Source: TPA_inf: Saccharomyces (taxonomy: Eukaryota). From it: a stretch of 64,000 nt of DNA. Shown piece by piece: positions 1 to 10,506 of the stretch (position 1 is its first letter; each line of letters begins with the position of its first letter). The DNA is taken from NCBI GenBank assembly GCA_000146045.2, contig BK006947.3, forward strand, positions 608,001-672,000, in the 5' to 3' direction. A model generated the notes under the pieces. The model was not told the DNA's origin. It saw nothing but the letters and a program-made list of their open reading frames with translations, and searched no databases. Both the position numbers and the translations under genes were made by a program.

Positions 1-1453
1 CGCTGACATTCTACTATTGGATGAACCAACAAATCATCTAGACACTGTTAATGTGGAGTGGCTGGTAAATTATTTGAATACTTGCGGAATTACATCGGTG
101 ATTGTCTCTCATGATTCTGGTTTTCTGGATAAGGTTTGTCAATACATCATACATTATGAGGGTCTTAAATTAAGAAAGTACAAGGGTAATTTATCAGAAT
201 TTGTTCAAAAATGTCCTACGGCACAATCATACTATGAATTAGGTGCCTCTGACCTTGAATTTCAATTCCCAACTCCTGGTTATCTAGAAGGTGTCAAAAC
301 GAAGCAAAAGGCAATTGTTAAAGTAAGTAATATGACTTTTCAATATCCAGGGACAACTAAACCACAAGTCTCAGATGTTACTTTCCAGTGTTCTCTATCC
401 TCAAGGATTGCAGTTATCGGACCTAATGGGGCTGGTAAGTCCACTTTAATTAATGTTCTTACTGGTGAACTGTTACCAACCAGCGGTGAAGTATATACAC
501 ACGAGAATTGTCGTATAGCGTATATTAAGCAGCACGCTTTTGCACACATTGAATCGCACTTAGACAAAACTCCATCCGAATACATTCAATGGAGGTTCCA
601 AACTGGTGAGGATAGGGAAACAATGGATAGAGCAAATAGGCAAATAAATGAAAATGACGCAGAGGCCATGAATAAAATATTTAAAATTGAAGGGACCCCA
701 AGAAGGGTTGCAGGAATCCATTCAAGAAGGAAATTTAAAAACACGTATGAGTACGAATGTTCGTTTTTGTTAGGTGAGAACATTGGTATGAAATCTGAAA
801 GATGGGTTCCAATGATGTCTGTCGACAATGCTTGGCTACCAAGGGGCGAATTGATTGAATCCCATTCTAAAATGGTTGCTGAAATTGATATGAAGGAAGC
901 TTTGGCTTCTGGTCAATTCAGGGCTTTAACAAGAAAAGAGATTGAATTACATTGCGCCATGTTGGGGTTGGATTCAGAATTAGTCTCACATTCAAGAATT
1001 AGAGGTTTATCGGGTGGGCAAAAGGTTAAATTGGTACTCGCTGCCTGCACGTGGCAAAGACCCCATTTGATTGTTTTAGATGAACCTACGAATTACTTGG
1101 ACAGAGATTCATTGGGTGCTCTTTCAAAAGCATTAAAAGCTTTTGAAGGTGGTGTCATTATTATTACGCATTCGGCAGAATTTACTAAGAATCTGACTGA
1201 CGAAGTTTGGGCGGTTAAGGATGGGAAAATGACACCCTCTGGCCATAATTGGGTTGCAGGACAAGGTGCTGGCCCAAGAATTGAGAAAAAAGAAGAAGAG
1301 GGTGATAAATTTGATGCTATGGGTAACAAGATTAATAGTGGGAAGAAAAAAAGCAAACTCTCTTCTGCAGAATTGAGAAAGAAAAAGAAGGAGAGAATGA
1401 AGAAGAAAAAAGAGATGGGTGATGAATACGTTTCTTCTGATGAAGATTTTTAA
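1..1453 (+). CDS. HEF3: eEF3-type ABC-F translation elongation factor, C-terminal ~480 codons (5' end upstream of window)
   Basis: Frame is open from the window edge ([14 protein letters not shown]...). The track 'start' at 17 is a TTG, not a real start. Second ABC cassette is present: Walker [10 protein letters not shown], signature LSGGQKVKL, Walker [13 protein letters not shown], lysine-rich C-tail. Stop at 1451-1453. HEF3 rather than YEF3 is inferred from the SPO1/YNL011C neighbourhood. Confidence 0.85.
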   Translation, partial: ADILLLDEPTNHLDTVNVEWLVNYLNTCGITSVIVSHDSGFLDKVCQYIIHYEGLKLRKYKGNLSEFVQKCPTAQSYYELGASDLEFQFPTPGYLEGVKTKQKAIVKVSNMTFQYPGTTKPQVSDVTFQCSLSSRIAVIGPNGAGKSTLINVLTGELLPTSGEVYTHENCRIAYIKQHAFAHIESHLDKTPSEYIQWRFQTGEDRETMDRANRQINENDAEAMNKIFKIEGTPRRVAGIHSRRKFKNTYEYECSFLLGENIGMKSERWVPMMSVDNAWLPRGELIESHSKMVAEIDMKEALASGQFRALTRKEIELHCAMLGLDSELVSHSRIRGLSGGQKVKLVLAACTWQRPHLIVLDEPTNYLDRDSLGALSKALKAFEGGVIIITHSAEFTKNLTDEVWAVKDGKMTPSGHNWVAGQGAGPRIEKKEEEGDKFDAMGNKINSGKKKSKLSSAELRKKKKERMKKKKEMGDEYVSSDEDF

Positions 1454-1538
1454 TTTGAAGTCGAGTACATCTCTTTCAGTGAGTAACTTATATATTTTTG
1501 AAGTTAACATCCTTATTCTTTTTTTATATTTTTATTTT

Positions 1539-1549
1539 TTTTATGTTTA
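1539..1549 (+). other. Candidate ARS consensus sequence TTTTATGTTTA (11/11 to WTTTAYRTTTW); a second match TTTTATATTTT lies at 1522-1532
   Basis: Two perfect ACS matches seen in the AT-rich HEF3 3' / SPO1 5' intergenic. ACS matches are common in AT-rich DNA, so origin function is unproven. Confidence 0.3.
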
Positions 1550-1567
1550 TTTTCTATTACTGATTTT

Positions 1568-1573
1568 CACAAA
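1568..1573 (+). promoter_or_regulatory. MSE-like core (CACAAA within tttCACAAAg) ~115 bp upstream of SPO1 ATG
   Basis: Matches the CRCAAA core of the middle sporulation element (Ndt80 site), but the flanks are imperfect. SPO1 is a known middle meiotic gene. Confidence 0.3.
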
Positions 1574-1685
1574 GAAAGGTAAAAAAAAACATACTTCAGC
1601 GGCTATACAACCATATTTAAGTAAATGCACTCAGAGAAAGTATACAAGTAAAAAACCTAAGTAAAGACATAAATATCCCAAAATA

Positions 1686-3665
1686 ATGCAAAAACTCCTC
1701 TTTGTCTTTTCTGTGTTATTGACAGTAGTACTAGCAACAGCACCATTTCAGGTACAATGTCCTAGCTCTCCACTTATTAGGGAGGCCAAAGTAAGTTAAA
1801 CTCTTTGCCACTTTAACAAATATGGGCCAAAACTAACCGAATATACCAAAACTTCGTATTCCTTTGTTTATTAGCATGAACTCTGTCCAGAAGAAACCTT
1901 GTATCTGAAGAAAAAAAAAATTAAAACGAAGAATAAACTGATTCAGTTTTTAAAATCCTTGACAGAGGCAAAGTTTAGTTCGAAGTTTTATAAACGCGTG
2001 TTGAAAGATCCTCCAAAAATTGGGATTGCTATATCTGGCGGCGGGTACAGATCCATGTTAGTAGGTACCGGATTTATTTCCCAAATGAACGATTATGGCC
2101 TTTTTGAATATTCGGATTATATTGCTGGATTATCAGGCGGAAGTTGGATCTTGATGGATTTGGTAGTTCAAAATTTTGAAGTAAAATCCCTGCTACAAGA
2201 GTGGGACCTTGAAGAGGATCTTTTATTAGGCATACCGGAATTCGATATTTCCGAAGAAGAAATTGTTACCAATGCAAAAAAGGAGTATAATGATAATGAT
2301 TTGAAGATGAAGAAGCGTCAGGGGGGTTCTCTGATTACAAGCTCTTCAAATTTTTATGAACAAATAGAGGAGATCATGAATTCCATAGAAGAAATCCCAG
2401 AAGACTATATGATAACGAAGAGAAACTTGAATCCATTAGCAAGACTAAAAAAAATATTCTTTCCTAACAACACTTTCACTGGAACTGATGCGAAGATTGA
2501 AACCTTTAAAAAAGTGCTAGACTTTTACAAAAGTTTGCATTTGAAAATTAAGCCTAAAAAAATGGAGGGTTTCCAAATATCGTTCACCGATTATTGGGGT
2601 AAAGCAATCGTTCAAAGACTAAAAAAAAATTTCGATGACGATCCCAACCATTCCTTTTCGTTTTCGAAGCTTGTAAACTCGTCTAAAAAATTTAAGGAAT
2701 GCAGTGTGCCGATCCCAATATTCGTTGCAAATTGCAAAAATGGACTTCTTTCAAACGTTATATTTGAATTTACGCCCTTTGAATTTGGATCTTGGGAAAA
2801 TATCCTCAGACTTTTCGTCAAGTTGCCCTATTTGGGCTCAAAAATTGTTTCTGGAAAGGCCGAGAAGTGTATTAATAACTTTGATGATCTAGGTTTTATT
2901 ACTGCGACGTCTTCTTCAATATTCAACAATGTGCTCATCTTCATCTGGAATTTGGCTTCTCAGTCCTCCAGAGAAGCAATGAAAGCTTTGAATATGGTTA
3001 TGGGAATTTTTGGCCTAGGTAAAGAGGAAATATTTAGTATTTCGAAAGACTCCTCGAGATTAGAGACAGACTATGCCGTATATCAACCCAATCCCTTTTA
3101 TCTTTATCCTGAAAAAGACAATGTCCTAACTAACAAAAATCATTTATACCTTGTAGACGGCGGAGAAGACGGCGAGAATATTCCACTCAGAACATTGGTG
3201 ATTCCTGAAAGGGAACTAGATGTAATTTTTGTTCTGGATTCTAGTTCGGATATTGACAACTATCCAAACGGCTCCAAGTTAAAAAGGATATTCGAAAAAT
3301 TAGATGAAGAGAACGTTCATTACCAATTTCCGAACAATGTAAAAACATTCACTCACCCCATTGTTATAGGATGCAATGCTACCAAAAGAACTGGACATGA
3401 TTCATTTTTGCCAATTATAATTTATCATGCCAATGCGAATCATGGAAACGCATCTAATACGTCGACATTCAAAATAACTTACAATCAGTCTGAAGTTAGC
3501 AGTATGTTACCCACTGGAAGGGGAGTGTTTAGCAATGATTATGACCTTTATTATAAAAATTGCTTAGGCTGTATATTAACCAAAAGAACAATGGACAGGC
3601 TCCCAAGAAAAAAGAAATTTTCGCCATTTTGCTTACAATGCTTTAAAGACTACTGTTACTCATAA
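1686..3665 (+). CDS. SPO1: Phospholipase B-like meiotic protein; spliced CDS join(1686..1790,1875..3665), 631 aa
   Basis: Exon 1 starts at ATG 1686 (MQKLLFVFSVLLTVVLATAPFQVQCPSSPLIREAK, a signal-peptide-like N-terminus) and ends at 1790, followed by GTAAGT. Exon 2 resumes in the track frame at 1875 (HELCPEETLYLKKK...). PLB lipase motif GIAISGGGYRSM. Total 632 codons. Confidence 0.85.
1791..1874 (+). other. SPO1: Spliceosomal intron of SPO1 (84 nt): 5'ss GTAAGT, branch-like AACTAAC at 1831-1837, 3'ss TTAG
   Basis: Seen directly. Splicing restores the frame between an ATG-initiated signal-peptide exon and the long ORF that otherwise has no ATG start (track start was TTG at 1899). Confidence 0.8.
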
Positions 3666-3835
3666 GAGAGTAGACTTTTTCTGTGAAATTTAATGAGTTT
3701 TTGTTCACCTTTTTTACTTTTCTTCTATGCCATATGGTTAAATAAAACATGGTTCAAACGCGATTCTTTTTTATTATCTATGTCTTTATTATGTAGTCTT
3801 CACTATAATAACCGTTAATGAGCGACATAGTTGCA

Positions 3836-5170
3836 TCAGTTTTTAAGGCCAATTTGATTCAGAACCTTTTCAAGTTCTTCACTTTCCATCTTATCCGAAG
3901 ACGCGATCTGGTGGCATCTAATACTATGCTTCTCGAATATCGTTTCATCAATTTCAATTTCACCATTTTTTAGGTAAACAATATCAGTAATAAAATCTTG
4001 CCATTCAAAGTCATCATTCTCTGAATGGACACCCTTAGATTGCCTATAGCCTGCTATTGCCCTACTCATAGAATCTATGATCATTTGAACGTAGTGTAAA
4101 CCGTCTAAACCAAAAACCTCTCTATCATATTTATTATTTATGAGCAAAACTTTTTTCGTATTATTAGATTCCAAAATTACTTCAGCAAGATTACCAAGAA
4201 TAAGGATTGGGAGTAAACTTGTCATTAAAGAACCGATAGAATAAACGACCATGTCAGCTTTTTTCACCTTGGAAATAGCTCTTGGATTTCCCATTGGTTT
4301 TATCTCTTCGCCATATGGGTTTATATACAATATCCTATGTACCGGAGCAGGTAGATTCTGTGATTCATCAAGCTTGTCAAAATGCAACTGGGAGTTTTTC
4401 AGTTCTGGAAGAATATAGATAGGATTGGCATACTCCTCTTCCGCTTCTTCTTCCTCATCGTCGAGGAGAATTTTCAAATGGTCGTCATAAGAGCCAAGTA
4501 AATGAATAAATTTAGCTGAATGTGCTATGCTATTATCTTTAGGAACAGATTTCGAGGGATGCGATATTTGTGATTGGCCAGTTATCATCTCACCATTCGT
4601 CAACAAAGCCGAGATATGATGTGTGTGATTGGTATTTATACATGGAATAACATGAACTAGAGGACTGCACCTTCCTATCCTCATCATTAGTTCAATAGAT
4701 GCGTCTAGAGAACCTAAAAACAATCTAGCACCAGTTAAGAAAAAATTTCCAATGGATGCACTCTCAAACTGAAATGGATTCGAGTGTTTGATTTTTTTCA
4801 AGAGTTCTGCTTGCATATGGATAATAAAAGAACGACACATTTCCTTAACTTCTATCGAAATATTTTTCCATATGGGATGCGAACCTTCCACTATTTCATT
4901 CCATTCTTTCTTAGCTAATAACTTATCATTAGGTAGCCTATGGCCAAACAACTCGACAAGCTGTTCATCTTGAAGTAGTCTCACTATTCTAGATCTGATA
5001 TCACCAATTGCTGGGCCACCAACTATTCGTAGAATTTCACTTGTGGACCCGCCATTATCTGATATTGGCAATATATACGTCAGCTCATGTCCTTTTAAGA
5101 TAGAAATATTAGAAAAGCAAGGAGTCAATGAATTTGTGGCAGTCCCACCGGAGCACACAACGACGTTCAT
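3836..5170 (-). CDS. Uncharacterised CofD/YvcK (UPF0052, 2-phospho-L-lactate transferase-like) family protein, 444 aa (YNL011C)
   Basis: ATG-initiated ORF. N-terminal MNVVVCSGGTATNS...ISDNGGSTSEILR matches the CofD/YvcK fold signature. Carries an acidic insertion DDEEEEAEEE. Confidence 0.85.
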   Translation of the reverse strand: MNVVVCSGGTATNSLTPCFSNISILKGHELTYILPISDNGGSTSEILRIVGGPAIGDIRSRIVRLLQDEQLVELFGHRLPNDKLLAKKEWNEIVEGSHPIWKNISIEVKEMCRSFIIHMQAELLKKIKHSNPFQFESASIGNFFLTGARLFLGSLDASIELMMRIGRCSPLVHVIPCINTNHTHHISALLTNGEMITGQSQISHPSKSVPKDNSIAHSAKFIHLLGSYDDHLKILLDDEEEEAEEEYANPIYILPELKNSQLHFDKLDESQNLPAPVHRILYINPYGEEIKPMGNPRAISKVKKADMVVYSIGSLMTSLLPILILGNLAEVILESNNTKKVLLINNKYDREVFGLDGLHYVQMIIDSMSRAIAGYRQSKGVHSENDDFEWQDFITDIVYLKNGEIEIDETIFEKHSIRCHQIASSDKMESEELEKVLNQIGLKN

Positions 5171-5634
5171 CTAGTAAACTATCTCACCACACTCTGCTAT
5201 TTTGTCCCCTTATTACCTCGAGGGAACAAAAGATTCCGTTTCCTCTCTTTCATAGTCCGCCTAAATAGCTTAAGAAATAAACCCAAACATCACACATTAG
5301 CGTTCTTTAGGAAATACGAAACAGGTTAATACAACAGTAGTAACTTTCCACATAATATCTAAGCATTACACGCTGAAAAAAACTCTTTATTGGATATCAA
5401 CAACCCAACACATTGTACGACATATTCTTTTATCGTTCTACTATGGTACCCTGTTCAAATCTCTTTTTCTAAAATGAGCGAAATTTTCGAAAATTATCGC
5501 ATAATTTTTCATCATCTTAAATTAAAAAAATACAGTGTCCTCTATTGTTTATCTCAACAGAACGCACACATTCTTGAAACTTGCTCACATAACATAAGCT
5601 GGAGTGACATAGCATTTATATATATACAAGGGAA

Positions 5635-6360
5635 ATGGTCAAAGCTGTTATTTTTACCGATTTCGACGGTACCGTTACTTTGGAAGATTCTAACGATTAT
5701 CTGACCGATACTTTAGGTTTCGGTAAGGAAAAAAGATTAAAGGTCTTCGAAGGCGTGTTAGATGATACTAAGTCTTTTAGGCAAGGTTTCATGGAAATGC
5801 TGGAATCCATCCACACCCCTTTCCCTGAGTGTATCAAGATCTTAGAAAAGAAAATTCGATTGGATCCTGGTTTCAAGGATACATTCGAATGGGCTCAAGA
5901 AAATGATGTCCCTGTCATCGTTGTTTCCAGCGGAATGAAACCAATTATCAAGGTTTTATTGACCAGATTAGTTGGACAAGAGTCTATTCACAAAATTGAC
6001 ATTGTTTCCAATGAAGTGGAAATCGATGCACATGATCAATGGAAAATCATCTATAAGGATGAAAGTCCCTTCGGACATGACAAATCCAGAAGTATCGATG
6101 CTTATAAAAAGAAATTTGAATCTACCTTGAAAGCAGGTGAACAAAGACCCGTTTACTTTTACTGTGGTGACGGTGTTTCTGATCTAAGTGCTGCAAAAGA
6201 ATGTGATTTGCTATTTGCCAAAAGAGGTAAAGATTTGGTCACTTATTGTAAAAAACAAAACGTCCCATTCCATGAATTCGATACCTTCAAAGACATCTTG
6301 GCTAGCATGAAACAAGTTCTGGCTGGTGAAAAGACAGTCGCTGAATTGATGGAAAATTAG
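5635..6360 (+). CDS. PYP1: HAD-superfamily phosphatase (phosphoserine-phosphatase-like; YNL010W, reported as polyol/sugar-alcohol phosphatase), 241 aa
   Basis: HAD motif I FTDFDGTVT and motif IV GDGVSD. ATG at 5635. Confidence 0.85.
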   Translation: MVKAVIFTDFDGTVTLEDSNDYLTDTLGFGKEKRLKVFEGVLDDTKSFRQGFMEMLESIHTPFPECIKILEKKIRLDPGFKDTFEWAQENDVPVIVVSSGMKPIIKVLLTRLVGQESIHKIDIVSNEVEIDAHDQWKIIYKDESPFGHDKSRSIDAYKKKFESTLKAGEQRPVYFYCGDGVSDLSAAKECDLLFAKRGKDLVTYCKKQNVPFHEFDTFKDILASMKQVLAGEKTVAELMEN

Positions 6361-6508
6361 TGCAAGACTCTTACGAAATATTAAAGTTTAATACCGTGTA
6401 ACTGCCTCTTACATATGTATGCATATATACGTACGTACTATATTTTTCTTGTATATCTTTTTTATTGTCTGAGAGAAAGAACATCAAAAAATAAAGGAAG
6501 ATCCTCCT

Positions 6509-6531
6509 CGGATTTAGCATGCTTAATGCCG
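6509..6531 (+). promoter_or_regulatory. Oleate-response-element-like site CGGatttagcatgcttaatgCCG (inverted CGG triplets, 17-nt spacer) ~290 bp upstream of IDP3
   Basis: Spacing fits the Oaf1/Pip2 ORE (CGGN3TNAN9-12CCG). The TNA half-site is imperfect. IDP3 is a peroxisomal, oleate-induced gene. Confidence 0.4.
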
Positions 6532-6820
6532 AATCTTTAATACAAAACGAATGATATTTCAAGTATACTAATTAGAAATCAATCAAACATACCAAAAGGG
6601 ACAGTAAAGAGAAAAGCAGGAGCTCTCTTTTAGGGGAAAAGTAAAATGTGATTAGTATTTCGTTGCGTGTACTAGTCAACTCTTCTTGTCATTCTTAAAT
6701 TTACATTAATTACCCCAATTTTGCATCTTCGTATATAAGAGTGTTCCCCTTATAAGCTTTCTCCTGCACATACCTGCAGTAAACACAAGCAACACTTTAG
6801 AGATAGTTGTCCAAGTTAAA

Positions 6821-8083
6821 ATGAGTAAAATTAAAGTTGTTCATCCCATCGTGGAAATGGACGGTGATGAGCAGACAAGAGTTATTTGGAAACTTATCAA
6901 AGAAAAATTGATATTGCCATATTTAGATGTGGATTTAAAATACTATGACCTTTCAATCCAAGAGCGTGATAGGACTAATGATCAAGTAACAAAGGATTCT
7001 TCTTATGCTACCCTAAAATATGGGGTTGCTGTCAAATGTGCCACTATAACACCCGATGAGGCAAGAATGAAAGAATTTAACCTTAAAGAAATGTGGAAAT
7101 CTCCAAATGGAACAATCAGAAACATCCTAGGTGGAACTGTATTTAGAGAACCCATCATTATTCCAAAAATACCTCGTCTAGTCCCTCACTGGGAGAAACC
7201 TATAATTATAGGCCGTCATGCTTTTGGTGACCAATATAGGGCTACTGACATCAAGATTAAAAAAGCAGGCAAACTAAGGTTACAGTTTAGCTCAGATGAC
7301 GGTAAAGAAAACATCGATTTAAAGGTTTATGAATTTCCTAAAAGTGGTGGGATCGCAATGGCAATGTTTAATACAAATGATTCCATTAAAGGGTTCGCAA
7401 AGGCATCCTTCGAATTAGCTCTCAAAAGAAAACTACCGTTATTCTTTACAACCAAAAACACTATTCTGAAAAATTATGATAATCAGTTCAAACAAATTTT
7501 CGATAATTTGTTCGATAAAGAATATAAGGAAAAGTTTCAGGCTTTAAAAATAACGTACGAGCATCGTTTGATTGATGATATGGTAGCACAGATGCTAAAA
7601 TCAAAGGGCGGGTTTATAATCGCCATGAAGAATTATGATGGCGATGTCCAGTCTGACATTGTGGCACAAGGATTTGGGTCTCTTGGTTTAATGACGTCCA
7701 TATTGATTACACCTGATGGTAAAACGTTTGAAAGCGAGGCTGCCCATGGTACGGTGACCAGACATTTTAGAAAACATCAAAGAGGCGAAGAAACATCAAC
7801 AAATTCAATAGCCTCAATATTTGCCTGGACAAGGGCAATTATACAAAGAGGAAAATTAGACAATACAGATGATGTTATAAAATTTGGAAACTTACTAGAA
7901 AAGGCTACTTTGGACACAGTTCAAGTGGGCGGAAAAATGACCAAGGATTTAGCATTGATGCTTGGAAAGACTAATAGATCATCATATGTAACCACAGAAG
8001 AGTTTATTGATGAAGTTGCCAAGAGGCTTCAAAACATGATGCTCAGCTCCAATGAAGACAAGAAAGGTATGTGCAAACTATAA
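6821..8083 (+). CDS. IDP3: Peroxisomal NADP-dependent isocitrate dehydrogenase, 420 aa, C-terminal CKL (PTS1)
   Basis: NADP-IDH motifs throughout ([35 protein letters not shown]). Ends ...GMCKL, a PTS1-type tripeptide. Confidence 0.92.
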   Translation: MSKIKVVHPIVEMDGDEQTRVIWKLIKEKLILPYLDVDLKYYDLSIQERDRTNDQVTKDSSYATLKYGVAVKCATITPDEARMKEFNLKEMWKSPNGTIRNILGGTVFREPIIIPKIPRLVPHWEKPIIIGRHAFGDQYRATDIKIKKAGKLRLQFSSDDGKENIDLKVYEFPKSGGIAMAMFNTNDSIKGFAKASFELALKRKLPLFFTTKNTILKNYDNQFKQIFDNLFDKEYKEKFQALKITYEHRLIDDMVAQMLKSKGGFIIAMKNYDGDVQSDIVAQGFGSLGLMTSILITPDGKTFESEAAHGTVTRHFRKHQRGEETSTNSIASIFAWTRAIIQRGKLDNTDDVIKFGNLLEKATLDTVQVGGKMTKDLALMLGKTNRSSYVTTEEFIDEVAKRLQNMMLSSNEDKKGMCKL

Positions 8084-8210
8084 ACCAATCCGCCATTCAT
8101 TTGAAAAGACAAGTCTGGCCTAGGGTTATAGTGTTCAGACTTGAGGTTGAACATATCCAAAAAAAAAAATTCCTATGATGTCTTAAATACGTATACCTAA
8201 TAAAATAATT

Positions 8211-10241
8211 CTAGACTATATTCAACTTACTGTAACCCTTCACCTCACTATCACAGCTGACGCATGTAGCAAATCCTTTATAACCCAGAGATATCCTACA
8301 ATCATCGCATAATGCAAGGCATCTACAGGGCCAAGTTACAATATTTCTTTTATTAACTTTGCAGATTAGGCAGGAGAGATCCATTTCCTCCACTTCGTCG
8401 CAACTATCAAAGGCAAAATCAAACTTGAACTCTAATTTGTCATCGTCCTTCATATTTAAACGTTTGTACATATACCTGGAGTTTGTATGATGCAGAAGGC
8501 GTTCAATAACAACATCGACTAGTACACCTTGTGGGTTTCTTTTACCATATTGTGATCTAGTCAACGGTCCATTAACCTTATTATGGACATCCATTTCATA
8601 ATTTAAAATAGACCACATGGAGATGTTCCAGGCTATTTCCTCTAAATCATCAGAATCGACAGCATTACTTGATAAATGTGTTAATTCTTTTTCTTCATCA
8701 ATAATCAACTGACTTTCCATATCACTATCAAACTCTTCATCTGAAACACTTTCATCGATTTTTCTGGGGGGAAAGTAGTCTTTTGATGAATCGTCTTCAG
8801 GAAGCAATAACTCCAGGCTTCTGAGATCACTCTCAATATTAAGCTCTTTGACGTCCGGTTTATATAAAAACTTTTTATAGTTTTTTTCTGTAACATATTT
8901 GTTTAAATCCCTCTTTTTACGCTTTCCCACTCTCGGTTTCTTATCTATACTGCTCTCAAAATTTTTACTCCACAGAAGATTTTTTAGGAGTCTAGAATAC
9001 GTCAAAATAATGGTTCTTACTAATTCAAAAAGGCCTAAATATGTCCTCGCAAAACCTGGTAACTGGGAATCGGTAGTCATTTCCTTACGAGATAACAGAT
9101 CCTCTGGTGTCGACTGGAGTTGGTTTAAATGTCCACTAACCACATAACTATTACTGAAAGCAGCGACTTCATCAACGGATTTTACGTTGTCTGATTTCTT
9201 AAATATTTTATAGTCATTCGACGTTAAAAGTAGACACAATGAAAGAGCTATTTCGTTAAACTCCTCTTCTCCATTGTAATTATTTGATCTCCACCATTTT
9301 TCCAAGTTTTTATATCTTGAATATAATGATCGGAACGGATTACTGGTGAACAAAGCCTTCAGGAAAATGCCTATAGACGCCAGTAATATGGTGGAAATAT
9401 AGAAAAAGCCAGGGAAATAATTGTGAATGAGACAGATGTTAATAAAATCTAATCCGTTCAAATAGGTCCTAGTGACGAATGCGGTAAAAAAACCCGCGTT
9501 TAATATAACTTCTCCACATAATCTATAGGCTCTTATATGAAACAATTCTACCAAATGAATTACTAATCTGTGAAAAACCGCTCCTAGTAGTTCAACATTA
9601 TCGCCAATATGCTGCTGCCCCGCGGGCATTTTGGATATGATATAAAGATTCAATGATAAACCCCATATGGAAAAATCAGAGCATATTAATGAAGGAACGT
9701 TCGTCGTTGAAGAAATAAAAATTTCAATGCAGTCAGACAGAGCTACAAATAAATAGACACTTAAAGCATAAAAATCTGTATCACTCACGTGCAGTTCATG
9801 CATGAGTCCAAATTGACTCAGAATTTGTAAAAGTGCTTTAACCAGTGAAAGAGTGGCTACTAAATGGAGCAAAGTTTTTGACCAAAGAGGTAAACGAATG
9901 TTTGTAGAATTTGATCTCAATGAAGACATTACAGTCAACCTATTCAAAATAATGGCGGTACTAAAACATAGAACAGCATACTTACTTACCGAATAGGAGA
10001 AAAACATTCTAATTCCTACCTTAGCTAGTTGCAAAGTGGTGAAGTTACCTTTCTCCATCAATGCTTGAAAAGAGTCCAAAGTTGGGGCTGAAACTATTGT
10101 AGAATTTGGACTTACAAAAACTTCCGGTTTCTGAGTTGTGTTATCTAGGTAATTAAGATTTCCAGTCTTGTTGTGAAAAAAGCTAAATACATCTCTGTTA
10201 TGGAGCAATTGCTTAACATGTTGCAATATATTTGTAGACAT
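8211..10241 (-). CDS. ASI3: Polytopic inner-nuclear-membrane RING ubiquitin ligase subunit (Asi complex), 676 aa
   Basis: Multiple TM segments. C-terminal RING-like CLICKVNKRNIVTWPCRCLALCDDC. Confidence 0.85.
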   Translation of the reverse strand: MSTNILQHVKQLLHNRDVFSFFHNKTGNLNYLDNTTQKPEVFVSPNSTIVSAPTLDSFQALMEKGNFTTLQLAKVGIRMFFSYSVSKYAVLCFSTAIILNRLTVMSSLRSNSTNIRLPLWSKTLLHLVATLSLVKALLQILSQFGLMHELHVSDTDFYALSVYLFVALSDCIEIFISSTTNVPSLICSDFSIWGLSLNLYIISKMPAGQQHIGDNVELLGAVFHRLVIHLVELFHIRAYRLCGEVILNAGFFTAFVTRTYLNGLDFINICLIHNYFPGFFYISTILLASIGIFLKALFTSNPFRSLYSRYKNLEKWWRSNNYNGEEEFNEIALSLCLLLTSNDYKIFKKSDNVKSVDEVAAFSNSYVVSGHLNQLQSTPEDLLSRKEMTTDSQLPGFARTYLGLFELVRTIILTYSRLLKNLLWSKNFESSIDKKPRVGKRKKRDLNKYVTEKNYKKFLYKPDVKELNIESDLRSLELLLPEDDSSKDYFPPRKIDESVSDEEFDSDMESQLIIDEEKELTHLSSNAVDSDDLEEIAWNISMWSILNYEMDVHNKVNGPLTRSQYGKRNPQGVLVDVVIERLLHHTNSRYMYKRLNMKDDDKLEFKFDFAFDSCDEVEEMDLSCLICKVNKRNIVTWPCRCLALCDDCRISLGYKGFATCVSCDSEVKGYSKLNIV

Positions 10242-10506
10242 CAGTCAAACTTTTGAAAATCCCTACGTAATGACTGTTCCTGACAAATTGTAGCCTCTCG
10301 GTGACCTTCTGTCAAGTCAACCATTCCTTACATACATCATTTATATGCCAGAGGGCAGGGTAATGCAGACATACAAAAACTTTAATTTACCGCGCACCGC
10401 ACCGCGCAATTTAAGATTATTGAGTCAAAATTAATGATGTATATTATATGATTTCTGTGGTGATAAATTTATTTGAGTTTATAATTATATTTGCTTAGGA
10501 TTACTA

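Noticed and set aside
1-1453. Possibility that the partial eEF3 gene is YEF3 rather than HEF3
   Set aside because: The two paralogues are very similar over this segment and cannot be separated with confidence by eye. Synteny with SPO1/YNL011C/IDP3 and the centromere points to HEF3, so I called HEF3 but kept confidence below 0.9.
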